Shown here piece after piece: positions 1-8,148 of a stretch of DNA of 24,000 bases; the first letter of the stretch is position 1, and every line of letters begins with the position of its first letter. The notes under the pieces are model-generated. The model made no database searches, was not told the origin of the DNA, and saw only the letters and a program-made list of their open reading frames with translations. Made by a program: the position numbers and the translations under genes. Source of the stretch: Desulfitibacter alkalitolerans DSM 16504 (lineage in GTDB: Bacteria > Bacillota > DSM-16504 > Desulfitibacterales > Desulfitibacteraceae); NCBI RefSeq assembly GCF_000620305.1, contig NZ_KK211100.1, forward strand, positions 1,049,275-1,073,274. Direction: 5' to 3'.

Positions 1-85
1 CAAAAGTAAACTGACTTTCTAAAACATCTATAGAGTACCATATTCTATGGTATGTTGATAAGGGATAAATATTATACATAATAAG

Positions 86-122
86 AAAGCAGCATCCTAA
101 TTGTAAGCTAAGATACTGCTTT
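86..122 (-). terminator. Putative rho-independent terminator after the M23 peptidase gene
   Basis: Inverted repeat AAAGCAGCATC (86-96) / GATACTGCTTT (112-122) with a 15-nt loop. The single mismatch becomes a G-U wobble only in the minus-strand transcript. It is followed on the minus strand by TCTTATT and lies about 60 nt past the stop at 180. Confidence 0.35.
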
Positions 123-179
123 AGTCTATATAGTATTTTTACACATATTCACATGGAAATATGTAATGAAAATTATTGT

Positions 180-1316
180 TTATCTCAAGTAAGGCCATGG
201 GTTGACGGGATCGCCATTTTCTCTAACCTCAAAATGCATGTGGGGTCCTGTACTTAAGCCGCTAGTTCCGATTTTACCAACCTCCTGGCCTCTGGCAACT
301 ATGTCACCCTCCTTAACAGTGATTCTGGAAAGGTGTGGATACATTGATGATACTCCGCCTCCATGGTCAACAACCACTGTCCAGCCATAGCCCCCAAACC
401 AACCTGTATAGATTACCTCACCAACCTCACCTGCTACTGCAGGGCTTCCCATTGGTGCCGAAATATCAATACCTGTATGCATTCTCTGGGTTCTTAGTAT
501 TGGATGCACCCTCATGCCATAATCTGAGGTAATCCTGTTATAACCAGGAGTCGGCCAGGCAAATTTACCTGTTGGAGCACTTAACCCACTTCTGCTGCGG
601 CTCAATTGGATTCTACGTATTTCTGCAGCCAGCTTATTTGAGTCCTCCTCAAGCTCAGCCAGGGCCCTTTCAATAACTGACTTTTCCTGGCGAACCTGTG
701 CTAAAAAGTCCTGCTGCTCTTTTTTCTGGGTTTCTAGTTGTGCAAGCTTGGCTTCGCTTTGTTTTTTCAGTAGAACCACATGGTCTCTTTTCTTTTCAAG
801 CTCTTCCTTTTTTTCCTCGGCAATTAAACGCTGTCTATCAATTTCCTCCACCATGTTCATATCTTGCTCTGCTATTTTTTTAAGCAGCTCAAATCTAACT
901 AAAAAATCAGTTATGCTGCTTGATTGGGTTAAAACCTCAAAGAAATTGACGTCACCCCTTTGGTAGATTTGCCTGAGGCGTTCCTTAAATAAATCTACCC
1001 TTTCCTGGAGTTCATTTTCAATTTCAATTAATTCTGCTTCTGCCTCTTTGACTAGATCCTCTGCATTTTTAACATTTCTATTTAAGGTAGCAAGTTCTCT
1101 TTCCACCTTGGAAAGCTCATTTTCCAGGTGCCTAACCTGATCTGACAGGGAGTTAAACTGTCTCTGTGCTGACTGCAGGGATCTTCTTTCTTCTTCCATC
1201 TGCCTTTGAATGACATCCTGCTCTTTCCTAAGCTGATCAAGCTCGTCCGCAGAGGCAGTGCCAAGAGAAGCTACCACAAATAGAACAATTAATACAGCTG
1301 CTACAATTTTTTTCAA
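180..1316 (-). CDS. Secreted coiled-coil M23/LytM peptidoglycan metalloendopeptidase (EnvC/PcsB-like partner of FtsEX)
   Basis: N-terminal signal/TM segment MKKIVAAVLIVLFVVASLGTASA. About 200 aa of E/K/Q/L-rich coiled coil. C-terminal M23 domain with intact ligands HTGIDI (HxxxD) and GPHMHFEV (HxH). TTG start at 1316 is preceded by GAGGGGTG. The gene lies 100 nt downstream of ftsX. Confidence 0.9.
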   Translation of the reverse strand: MKKIVAAVLIVLFVVASLGTASADELDQLRKEQDVIQRQMEEERRSLQSAQRQFNSLSDQVRHLENELSKVERELATLNRNVKNAEDLVKEAEAELIEIENELQERVDLFKERLRQIYQRGDVNFFEVLTQSSSITDFLVRFELLKKIAEQDMNMVEEIDRQRLIAEEKKEELEKKRDHVVLLKKQSEAKLAQLETQKKEQQDFLAQVRQEKSVIERALAELEEDSNKLAAEIRRIQLSRSRSGLSAPTGKFAWPTPGYNRITSDYGMRVHPILRTQRMHTGIDISAPMGSPAVAGEVGEVIYTGWFGGYGWTVVVDHGGGVSSMYPHLSRITVKEGDIVARGQEVGKIGTSGLSTGPHMHFEVRENGDPVNPWPYLR

Positions 1317-1415
1317 TTCTTCACCCCTCTTTCTGTAATAGTTTAAGTGTGTAATTAATCTATAAGTACATTACCCACGTGGTAATGTTATTGTAATGCT
1401 TTAGTAGTTTGATAT

Positions 1416-2303
1416 TTAAAATCGCAGATATCTTCCCAGGGACAAATAGCTCGCCATGCCTCCAAGGAGGGTTCCAATAATCACCAGCAATCCTGCTATA
1501 TTTAGCAGCAGTTCCTTGTCCTGGATTAAGGGTATAAAGCTTATAGCAGGGGTAATATGCTCCACCAAAACATTGTAACCAAAATATACTGAAGCTGCTG
1601 CAATACCTGCACCTATTGCACCCAAAAACATGCCCTCGAGCAAAAAGGGCCAGCGCACAAACCAGTTCGTAGCACCTATATATTTCATAATTGTAATCTC
1701 ATTGGATCGGGCATAAACAGTGAGCCTAACAGTATTACCAATTAAGAAAATTGCCGCAGCAGCTAATAGGGAGGTCAATCCCAGACCTACCATTCTTACC
1801 CAGTATAGCAGTGATAGAACCTTGTCCAGATAATCCTGTCCATAATCTACCTTTTCCACAGGGGGAAGACCGGCAATCCTCTGGGCTACTGCCTTTACAA
1901 GCTCAGGGTTGCTAACCTTGACTACGTAAAAGTCCGGCAATGGATTTTCCCCTCCAAGAGTCCAGAGAAGGTCATAACTTCCACCAAACTCCCTGCTTAA
2001 TTGTTCCAGGCCCTCCTCCTTGGGAACGTATCTCACCTGGGTTACTTGACTGAGATTTTGCAAATAAGTACCCACATTTTCTGCAGTTTCCTTATCTGCG
2101 TCACTTTCAAGCCAAACAACAATCTCCAGAGTTGACTCAACATGACCGGAGATCAGATTAATATTCATCATTACTAAAGCAAAAACACCAAATATAAGCA
2201 GGGCTATAGCCGTTGTTAAAACCGAAGCTGCACCCATCCACCCATGTCGAAACAGGGACTTTCCGGCCTGCTTAAAGAAGTAAATTATTGTCCTGGGTCT
2301 CAT
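1416..2303 (-). CDS. ftsX: Cell-division ABC transporter permease-like protein FtsX
   Basis: 295 aa. One TM segment, then a large extracytoplasmic loop, then three C-terminal TM segments, which is the FtsX topology. The ATG overlaps the ftsE stop in TAATG (2301-2305), implying translational coupling. Confidence 0.9.
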   Translation of the reverse strand: MRPRTIIYFFKQAGKSLFRHGWMGAASVLTTAIALLIFGVFALVMMNINLISGHVESTLEIVVWLESDADKETAENVGTYLQNLSQVTQVRYVPKEEGLEQLSREFGGSYDLLWTLGGENPLPDFYVVKVSNPELVKAVAQRIAGLPPVEKVDYGQDYLDKVLSLLYWVRMVGLGLTSLLAAAAIFLIGNTVRLTVYARSNEITIMKYIGATNWFVRWPFLLEGMFLGAIGAGIAAASVYFGYNVLVEHITPAISFIPLIQDKELLLNIAGLLVIIGTLLGGMASYLSLGRYLRF

Positions 2304-2980
2304 TAGGCGTAGCTCCCTTCTCTTTCATCTCTAGCCAGCTTACCATTCTCAAGAGCTACAACTCTTTTATGCATGGAATTCACTATATCCTTATCATGGG
2401 TAGCAACAAGCATGGTTGTACCACGATAGTTTATATCTTCCAGTATTTTCATTATTTCTATGGAAGTTTTAGGATCAAGGTTGCCCGTTGGCTCATCTGC
2501 CACAAGAATTGGAGGATTGTTAATGATAGCTCTGGCAATTGCAGTTCGCTGCTGCTCTCCCCCAGAAAGCTGTCTTGGAAAGTTTTTAGCTCTATGTGAA
2601 ATACCTACCTGTTCAAGTACAGGTGGGACCAATCTCATAATATCTCTTTTGCTGTATTGAAGAACTTCCAAAGTAAAGGCTACATTTTCAAAAACCGTTC
2701 TATCTGGAAGCAATCTAAAATCCTGGAAAACAATTCCCATGTTTCTGCGCACATAGGGAAGCTCACGTCTTTTTATTCTCACAATATTTTTTCCTGCGAT
2801 AAATATTTGTCCTTTAGAAGGTATCTCTTCTCTAAATAAAAGGCTCAATAAAGTGGACTTGCCTGCCCCGCTTGGTCCTACAAGAAATAGGAAGTCTCCC
2901 TTTTCTACCTTCAAGTTAATATTGTTAAGGGCGGTGGTGCCATTATCATATACCTTGGTCACACTACAAAACTGTATCAA
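2303..2980 (-). CDS. ftsE: Cell-division ATP-binding protein FtsE
   Basis: Walker A GPSGAGKST, ABC signature LSGGEQQR, Walker B ILVADEPTGNLD. The track starts at GTG 2989. However, the SD AGGAGTG sits 6 nt before the in-frame TTG at 2980, giving MIQFCSVTKVY, a typical FtsE N-terminus. Confidence 0.93.
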   Translation of the reverse strand: MIQFCSVTKVYDNGTTALNNINLKVEKGDFLFLVGPSGAGKSTLLSLLFREEIPSKGQIFIAGKNIVRIKRRELPYVRRNMGIVFQDFRLLPDRTVFENVAFTLEVLQYSKRDIMRLVPPVLEQVGISHRAKNFPRQLSGGEQQRTAIARAIINNPPILVADEPTGNLDPKTSIEIMKILEDINYRGTTMLVATHDKDIVNSMHKRVVALENGKLARDEREGSYA

Positions 2981-3135
2981 TGTTACCACTCCTAGTGCGT
3001 CTATTTTATGATTCGTAATAATTTGCTATTTTTTTACCATATATCTAGCCTATTTCGACAAAAAAACCTTAATTCCTTCAGGTAGAAAAAGGTTTGTAAG
3101 AAATTGTAACATTCCTATTTAAACATTTAGATTCA

Positions 3136-3164
3136 TTGCTAAAAAAAGGCAATTAAAGTATAAT
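3136..3164 (+). promoter_or_regulatory. Sigma-70-type promoter candidate for mntA-hepT
   Basis: TTGCTA (3136-3141), a 17-nt spacer, then TATAAT (3159-3164). It lies about 80 nt upstream of the mntA ATG in an AT-rich intergenic region. Confidence 0.5.
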
Positions 3165-3247
3165 CATGTTAAGTTAAGTAAAAACCTTACTGAAAAAATA
3201 AATGGAAAGAAAGTAGCTAAGAAAAATTAAACTGGAAGTGATTAAGG

Positions 3248-3664
3248 ATGGAAAAAGAAACTATAACTGCCAAAATTAATGATTATTTCACACCCGTTAA
3301 AGAGGTTTTAACAGTATATCTTTTTGGTTCCATTGTAAAAGGCAAAAACAATAAAAATAGTGATGTTGATTTAGCGTTGTTATTTTCAGATAAAATTTCA
3401 TTACAGGAGCGGTTTGAAAAGAAATTAGAGTTTGCCATAGATCTGGAAAACGTATTAAATAAAAAAGTTGATATTGTAGATTTAAGTGAAGCTGACTTAT
3501 ACTTTGTACATCAGGTCATGTTAAATAAAGAAATTATCCTTGATAAAGACATCCATTACAGGGTTTCATTTGAAGTTACACGGCGCAAATCCTATTTTGA
3601 CAGGAAACCATTTTATGATCTATATCATAACCATGCCTTAAAACGCTTGGAAAGGGGCCTTTAA
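3248..3664 (+). CDS. mntA: MntA-type minimal nucleotidyltransferase (type VII antitoxin)
   Basis: 138 aa. Pol-beta-like nucleotidyltransferase (NTase) motif LFGSIVKGKNNKNSDVDLALL (GS...DxD). SD GGAAGTGA lies 6 nt before the ATG. Its stop is 3 nt before the HEPN gene. Confidence 0.85.
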   Translation: MEKETITAKINDYFTPVKEVLTVYLFGSIVKGKNNKNSDVDLALLFSDKISLQERFEKKLEFAIDLENVLNKKVDIVDLSEADLYFVHQVMLNKEIILDKDIHYRVSFEVTRRKSYFDRKPFYDLYHNHALKRLERGL

Positions 3665-3667
3665 TAT

Positions 3668-4087
3668 ATGATCGAAAGGGAAATAATAATTCGAAAGTTG
3701 TCCTCCCTGTCAGAATATTACACTGATTTAGAAACTGCCAGGAAGGAGCTGAATTGGGAAACGTTTTTATCAGATAAAGTGGTGAGGCGCTATGTGGAAA
3801 GGACTTTGCACATAGCTATTGAGGCTTGCCTGGATATAGCTAATCATATAATATCTTATGAAGGATACAGGGAGCCTAAAAGTAATCAGGATACGTTCCA
3901 GGTTTTAATTGAAGAGGGTATTTTTGATAAAGATTTTGGTCAGCGGATGATGAAAATGGCCCAATTTCGCAATGTAATTGTCCATGACTATATTAAAATC
4001 CAGCCGGAAATTGTCTATGCGGTTCTTCAAAAACAGCTTAAAGATTTGTCCCAATTTGCCAATACTATGAGAAGAGTATATTTGTGA
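3668..4087 (+). CDS. hepT: HepT-type HEPN (DUF86) RNase toxin
   Basis: 139 aa, predicted all-helical. C-terminal RNVIVHDY matches the HEPN Rx4HxY active-site motif. Gene order is the canonical NTase-then-HEPN. Confidence 0.85.
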   Translation: MIEREIIIRKLSSLSEYYTDLETARKELNWETFLSDKVVRRYVERTLHIAIEACLDIANHIISYEGYREPKSNQDTFQVLIEEGIFDKDFGQRMMKMAQFRNVIVHDYIKIQPEIVYAVLQKQLKDLSQFANTMRRVYL

Positions 4088-4098
4088 TGCAATTAAAA

Positions 4099-4127
4099 AA
4101 AGCTGCTAATAAATCGTAGGCAGCTTT
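4099..4127. terminator. Putative bidirectional terminator between convergent hepT and the transketolase genes
   Basis: AAAGCTGC (4099-4106) / GCAGCTTT (4120-4127) with a 13-nt loop. An A-run lies upstream and TCCTTGTTTC downstream. Confidence 0.4.
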
Positions 4128-4200
4128 CCTTGTTTCATCTGGCAATTTTTACTGTTTGATGTACGCTGTACTATACACTATGGTTTCTTTGGCTTTTCTT

Positions 4201-5151
4201 TTATCTTTTATGGCAGGATGTTTTTCTGTCCAGTGCCCTTATAACTGCGCTGGCAATATCCTCTGAAGTAAGGCCATACTTTTTCAGCAGCTCATCTGGC
4301 TTTCCTGACTCTCCAAAGGTATCCATGATTCCTACCCTTTCTAAAGGAACCGGACATCTTTCCCCCAGCACCTCTGCAACTGCACTTCCAAGGCCTCCAA
4401 TGATATTATGTTCTTCAGCAGTTACAACACAGCCTGATTGGGCTGCCTCCTCAATGGCAGCCGCATCTATAGGCTTTATTGTTGACATATTGTATACAGA
4501 AGCCTGAACACCTTCTTCTGCCAGCTTTTCTGCAGCCTCCAAGGCCTTGCTCACCATTATTCCCATGGCAATTATTGAAGCATCCTTACCTTCTCTTAGT
4601 TTACTGGCCTTACCTATTTTATAGGTATAGCTTTCATCATATAATACGGGAACCCCTGATCTTCCAAGACGTATGTATACCGGCCCATGATAATGATAAG
4701 CAGCTTCTATAATTTGTTCAGTTTCCACAGCATCAGCAGGCACCAAGACAGTCATATTGGGAATAGCCCTCATAATAGCAACATCTTCATTTGCTTGATG
4801 GGAAGCACCATCCTCACCCACTGTAATTCCCGCATGGGTCGCAGCAATTTTTACATTGAGCTCTGGATAACATATTGAGTTCCTTATCATTTCAAAGGCT
4901 CTACCTGTAGCAAACATTGCAAAGCTGCTTGCAAAGGGAACCTTGCCTGCCAGTGCTAGCCCACCGGCTACACATGCAAGATTTTGCTCTGCTATTCCCA
5001 CATTAACAAATCTATCTGGAAACTCTTCTTTAAAAACAGCAGTCTTTGTAGATTTGGAAAGATCTGCATCTAAAACGACAATATTGTCATACTTTTTTCC
5101 CAGCTTAACTAGTGTTTTTCCATAGGCATCCCTAGTGGCTATTTTTTGCAT
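4201..5151 (-). CDS. Transketolase, C-terminal (pyrimidine-binding) subunit
   Basis: Matches the Pyr and C-terminal domains of split transketolases (GIAEQN, THAGITVGEDGASHQ). The track ORF starts at 5193. However, GGGAGG (5159-5164, minus strand) sits 7 nt before the ATG at 5151, giving MQKIATRDAYG. Confidence 0.9.
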   Translation of the reverse strand: MQKIATRDAYGKTLVKLGKKYDNIVVLDADLSKSTKTAVFKEEFPDRFVNVGIAEQNLACVAGGLALAGKVPFASSFAMFATGRAFEMIRNSICYPELNVKIAATHAGITVGEDGASHQANEDVAIMRAIPNMTVLVPADAVETEQIIEAAYHYHGPVYIRLGRSGVPVLYDESYTYKIGKASKLREGKDASIIAMGIMVSKALEAAEKLAEEGVQASVYNMSTIKPIDAAAIEEAAQSGCVVTAEEHNIIGGLGSAVAEVLGERCPVPLERVGIMDTFGESGKPDELLKKYGLTSEDIASAVIRALDRKTSCHKR

Positions 5152-5195
5152 ATAAAATCCTCCCTGTGGCAAATTATTAAATGGCAGCTGCATGC

Positions 5196-6026
5196 TTAGC
5201 TGCCGGCTAGTTCAGCAAGAGCCTTATTTCTCTCATCTATATTACATGCTTTCCCATGCCAATCTGCACAATCCTCCATATATGACACACCCTTGCCCTT
5301 GACGGTCCTGGCAATTATCATGGTAGGCTGCCCTTTAAACGAAGCAGCTTCATCAAAAGCCTTGTCAATTTCCTCCAGATTATGCCCGTCAATCTCCAAT
5401 ACATTCCAGCCAAAAGCTCTCCACTTGTCAGCCAGCGGCTCTGGCGACATAACATCTTCAATTTTTCCGTCAATCTGGAGACCATTATAATCCAGGACAG
5501 CAGTAAGGTTATCCAATTTGTAATGTGACGCCAGCATTGCCGCCTCCCAAACAATACCCTCCTGTATCTCCCCATCTCCCACCATGGCATAAACCCTATA
5601 ATCAGCCTGATCCATGGCGGCTCCCAGGGCCAGTCCAACTGCTATCGAAAAGCCCTGCCCCAGGGAACCTGTTGACATCTCTACTCCAGGAACAGTTTTC
5701 ATATGGGGATGTCCCTGCAGATTGCTGTTAATCTTCCTTAAGGTCATTAACTCTTCAATTGGAAAGAAGCCTTTTTCTGCTAGAGCAGCATAAAGCACTG
5801 GTGCAGCATGTCCCTTGGAAAGAATAAACCTGTCTCTAGATGGGTTTTTAGGATCAGCAGGGTCCACCTTCAGCTTCTTATAATATAAAACCGTTAGAAT
5901 ATCTGCAGCCGATAGAGAGCCGCCTGGATGACCTGAACCTGCTTCTCCTATCATATTAATAATATGCTGCCTGATCCTGTTTGCCTTTTCTTCTAAATAC
6001 TTTTTTTCATTAATATCCATCTGCAT
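5196..6026 (-). CDS. Transketolase, N-terminal (thiamine diphosphate-binding) subunit
   Basis: 276 aa. GSGHPGGSLS motif, ThDP motif GDGEIQEG followed by N, and LDYNGLQIDG. AGGAGG lies upstream. A second in-frame ATG at 6020 is an alternative start. Confidence 0.9.
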   Translation of the reverse strand: MQMDINEKKYLEEKANRIRQHIINMIGEAGSGHPGGSLSAADILTVLYYKKLKVDPADPKNPSRDRFILSKGHAAPVLYAALAEKGFFPIEELMTLRKINSNLQGHPHMKTVPGVEMSTGSLGQGFSIAVGLALGAAMDQADYRVYAMVGDGEIQEGIVWEAAMLASHYKLDNLTAVLDYNGLQIDGKIEDVMSPEPLADKWRAFGWNVLEIDGHNLEEIDKAFDEAASFKGQPTMIIARTVKGKGVSYMEDCADWHGKACNIDERNKALAELAGS

Positions 6027-6145
6027 ACTACCTCCTGGTTATTATTTATAAATAAAGATGCACCTGACTTGTCTAAAAAAGCCAGAGGAAGTTTTGCAAC
6101 TGATGTGGCTGCGCATCTATAATACTGTTCATTGACTGCTAGCCA

Positions 6146-7018
6146 CTAGCCAGAAGAACCGTCCCCCTGGTTGGAGAGGCTTTTAAAGCCTTCACCAAGG
6201 GCTTCATGGACGTGAGTTATGATTATAAATGCATCATGGTCTATGTCATGTACCAGTACCTTCAGCCTTGTCACCTCGGCTTGACTGATTACAACAAGGA
6301 GAACATCCCTTTCCCTGCCGCTGTAAGCCCCTTGTCCCTTCAGAATCGTTACTCCTCTATTTAGATTATCAAAAATACCCCTGGTTACCTTATCTGGCGT
6401 GTTAGAGATAATAATGGCAGCCCTGGCATAATGAAAACCCTCCTGAACTAAATCAATAAACTTGGCAGTGGCAAAGAGTGATATAAGGGCAAAAAGGGCC
6501 AATTCCACATTAAAAAAAATTGCCGCTGTGGTAATGACAAAAGCATCAATTATCAAAAGCCCCTGACCAGAGCTCATGCCGGTAAATCTTTTTAACAGCT
6601 GGGCACCCAGGTCTGTGCCTCCAGTGGTGCCTCCAAATTTAAAAACTATACCAATTCCAATTCCGGCAAGAATACCTCCATAAAGGGCGGCCAGGAAGGG
6701 GTCTGTAGTTAAAGGTGTGACAACTGGTTCTAGATAATCTATCACCATGGCCATGGTTAAGGTTCCGAATAAGGTCTTTATTCCAAACCTTACACCTAGC
6801 TCCTTAACGCTAAAAATAAACAAGGGAATATTAATTGTCAGCATGGTCAGACCAACAGGAAAGCCAAGGGTATGAAAAACAACTGTTGCCAGGCCGCTAA
6901 CTCCTCCGGCAGCAATCTTGTTTGGCACCAGGAATAATACCAGGGCAAGGGCTGTTAATACTACTCCTACAAATATCCCAAGATATTCTATCACGAAACG
7001 TACCCATTTAGAAGACAT
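6146..7018 (-). CDS. YitT-family integral membrane protein with C-terminal DUF2179 domain
   Basis: 290 aa. It has 5-6 TM segments with AAGGVSGLA and GGTTGGTD motifs, and a soluble C-terminal domain (VTILKGQGAYSGRERDVLLVV...). Confidence 0.8.
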   Translation of the reverse strand: MSSKWVRFVIEYLGIFVGVVLTALALVLFLVPNKIAAGGVSGLATVVFHTLGFPVGLTMLTINIPLFIFSVKELGVRFGIKTLFGTLTMAMVIDYLEPVVTPLTTDPFLAALYGGILAGIGIGIVFKFGGTTGGTDLGAQLLKRFTGMSSGQGLLIIDAFVITTAAIFFNVELALFALISLFATAKFIDLVQEGFHYARAAIIISNTPDKVTRGIFDNLNRGVTILKGQGAYSGRERDVLLVVISQAEVTRLKVLVHDIDHDAFIIITHVHEALGEGFKSLSNQGDGSSG

Positions 7019-7123
7019 AATAACCCTCTCTTAGACATATTATGACCTTATTATTCCACCAACCTTAACATAAATTACAAAAGGTGAGAAATTGTTGTTC
7101 ATAAGGCAGGTAGCGGTGAAATA

Positions 7124-7168
7124 AAGGACCATGTTAAATAGTTGATTTAACTATTTAACATGGTCCTT
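7124..7168 (-). terminator. Perfect 20-bp stem, 5-nt loop hairpin ending the redox operon
   Basis: AAGGACCATGTTAAATAGTT (7124-7143), loop GATTT, AACTATTTAACATGGTCCTT (7149-7168). It begins 20 nt past the stop at 7188 and is followed on the minus strand by TATTTC. Confidence 0.6.
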
Positions 7169-7187
7169 AACTGCTAAAAGCTTTTGT

Positions 7188-7508
7188 CTATGGAATTTGC
7201 TGCAGGCTGCTCTCTTCACGCTCTGGAACATCCTTGTGAATGAACAGTCCGCACCAGCAGCGCCTCATTTTATCAAACTGTTCTCTATGAAAGGGAATAC
7301 AGGGACAAACAATCTTCATGTCCCTTTCCCTGTCCCCTACTATTGCCTGACATGGGCAGTAGGGACTTCCATATTTTTTTTCAATTTGAACCTCCTGTTC
7401 AAGAAGGAATTCCACCAGCTCTTCATCCTTGGAAAACCTGTATCCCAGCTTATCAACTACTTCCCCGTACCACTTGCGAAATTTTTCTTTCCTGTTGCTT
7501 GTGCTCAT
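7188..7508 (-). CDS. Ferredoxin:thioredoxin reductase catalytic-subunit-like [4Fe-4S] disulfide reductase
   Basis: 106 aa with three Cys pairs: C51-P-C53, 14 residues, C68-P-C70, 13 residues, C84-W-C86-G-L-F. Plant/cyanobacterial FTRc has CPC-x16-CPC-x8-CHC-x-LF. SD AAAGGGGT lies 6 nt before the ATG and overlaps the upstream stop. Confidence 0.72.
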   Translation of the reverse strand: MSTSNRKEKFRKWYGEVVDKLGYRFSKDEELVEFLLEQEVQIEKKYGSPYCPCQAIVGDRERDMKIVCPCIPFHREQFDKMRRCWCGLFIHKDVPEREESSLQQIP

Positions 7509-7520
7509 GTTAATACCCCT

Positions 7521-7763
7521 TTAAGATAAAAGCTCTTTAAATTTCTCTTCATTATAGCCAACCACATGCTTGTCACCTATTTTCACCACAGGAAACTTGG
7601 CATCTCCTGTTAGGGCCAGGACTTCATCAACCAGCTTTTGTTTTTCTTCTCCCTCCTGCAGGTCCACATCAACAAAGTCAAAATCCACATTATTTTCCTT
7701 AAACCACTTTTTTGTTCTTTGACAGTAAAAGCAGGTACTTAGAGCATATAAAAACACCTTCAT
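7521..7763 (-). CDS. Glutaredoxin-like (YruB/NrdH-like) small thiol-disulfide oxidoreductase
   Basis: 80 aa. Starts with a beta-strand followed by the CxxC site (VFLYALSTCFYCQRTKKWF). Contains FPVV (cis-Pro region) and GYN, the thioredoxin-fold pattern. SD AAGGGAGAGTG is present. Confidence 0.8.
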   Translation of the reverse strand: MKVFLYALSTCFYCQRTKKWFKENNVDFDFVDVDLQEGEEKQKLVDEVLALTGDAKFPVVKIGDKHVVGYNEEKFKELLS

Positions 7764-7767
7764 TTTT

Positions 7768-8076
7768 TCACTCTCCCTTTATATTAATATATACTATTCC
7801 TTGTTCTACCTTAGTCTCATAAATAGGAAGTCTAATTTCCGGAGCAGCGGTAAATTCCCCCGTTCTAATATCAAACAGCCAATCATGACAGGGACATTTA
7901 ATTAAATATCCCTCCAATTCCCCCTTATGCATCGCACAACCAAGATGGGGGCATAAATTTAATAAAGCATAAAGCTCTTCTCCCATCTTAATAACTATAA
8001 TTGGTTTGTCCTCCACCTTCACCCGATAGGGCACCTTTTCCTGTAGCAAGCTTTCCTCGGCTACCTTCACCCACAT
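7768..8076 (-). CDS. Small soluble Rieske [2Fe-2S] protein
   Basis: 102 aa. Rieske ligand boxes CPHLGC (CxH) and CPCH (CxxH) are 17 residues apart. Its stop is 4 nt before the glutaredoxin-like gene. Confidence 0.85.
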   Translation of the reverse strand: MWVKVAEESLLQEKVPYRVKVEDKPIIVIKMGEELYALLNLCPHLGCAMHKGELEGYLIKCPCHDWLFDIRTGEFTAAPEIRLPIYETKVEQGIVYINIKGE

Positions 8077-8148
8077 ATGTACATGTCCCCCCTATGTATA
8101 GTATTAGTACTATAGTATTGCTAAATTAACAATATTAACTATGTTTTT

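Noticed and set aside
3064-3095. AAACCTT ... AAGGTTT inverted repeat in the ftsE/mntA divergent region
   Set aside because: It is a 7-bp AT-rich stem with a 17-nt loop and no U-tract. This is too weak to call as an operator or terminator.
5318-5638. 106-aa minus-strand alternative-frame ORF inside the transketolase N-terminal subunit gene
   Set aside because: It is W/R-rich out-of-frame read-through of a well-supported CDS, with no SD and no motifs.
6036-6140. Possible structured leader or riboswitch between yitT and the transketolase operon (AGATGCGC ... GGTGCATCT can pair around a ~45-nt insert; GGCTTTTTT tract)
   Set aside because: It has only an 8-bp outer stem with a G-U pair and no convincing inner helices. 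It matches no riboswitch class I can recognise. It may simply be a weak yitT terminator plus the tkt promoter.
8100-8125. Direct repeat TATAGTATT(A/G) x2 with an embedded palindrome ATAGTACTAT between the ferredoxin and Rieske genes
   Set aside because: It is short, AT-rich and within a 72-nt intra-operon spacer. It could be an internal promoter or operator, but the sequence alone does not support a call.
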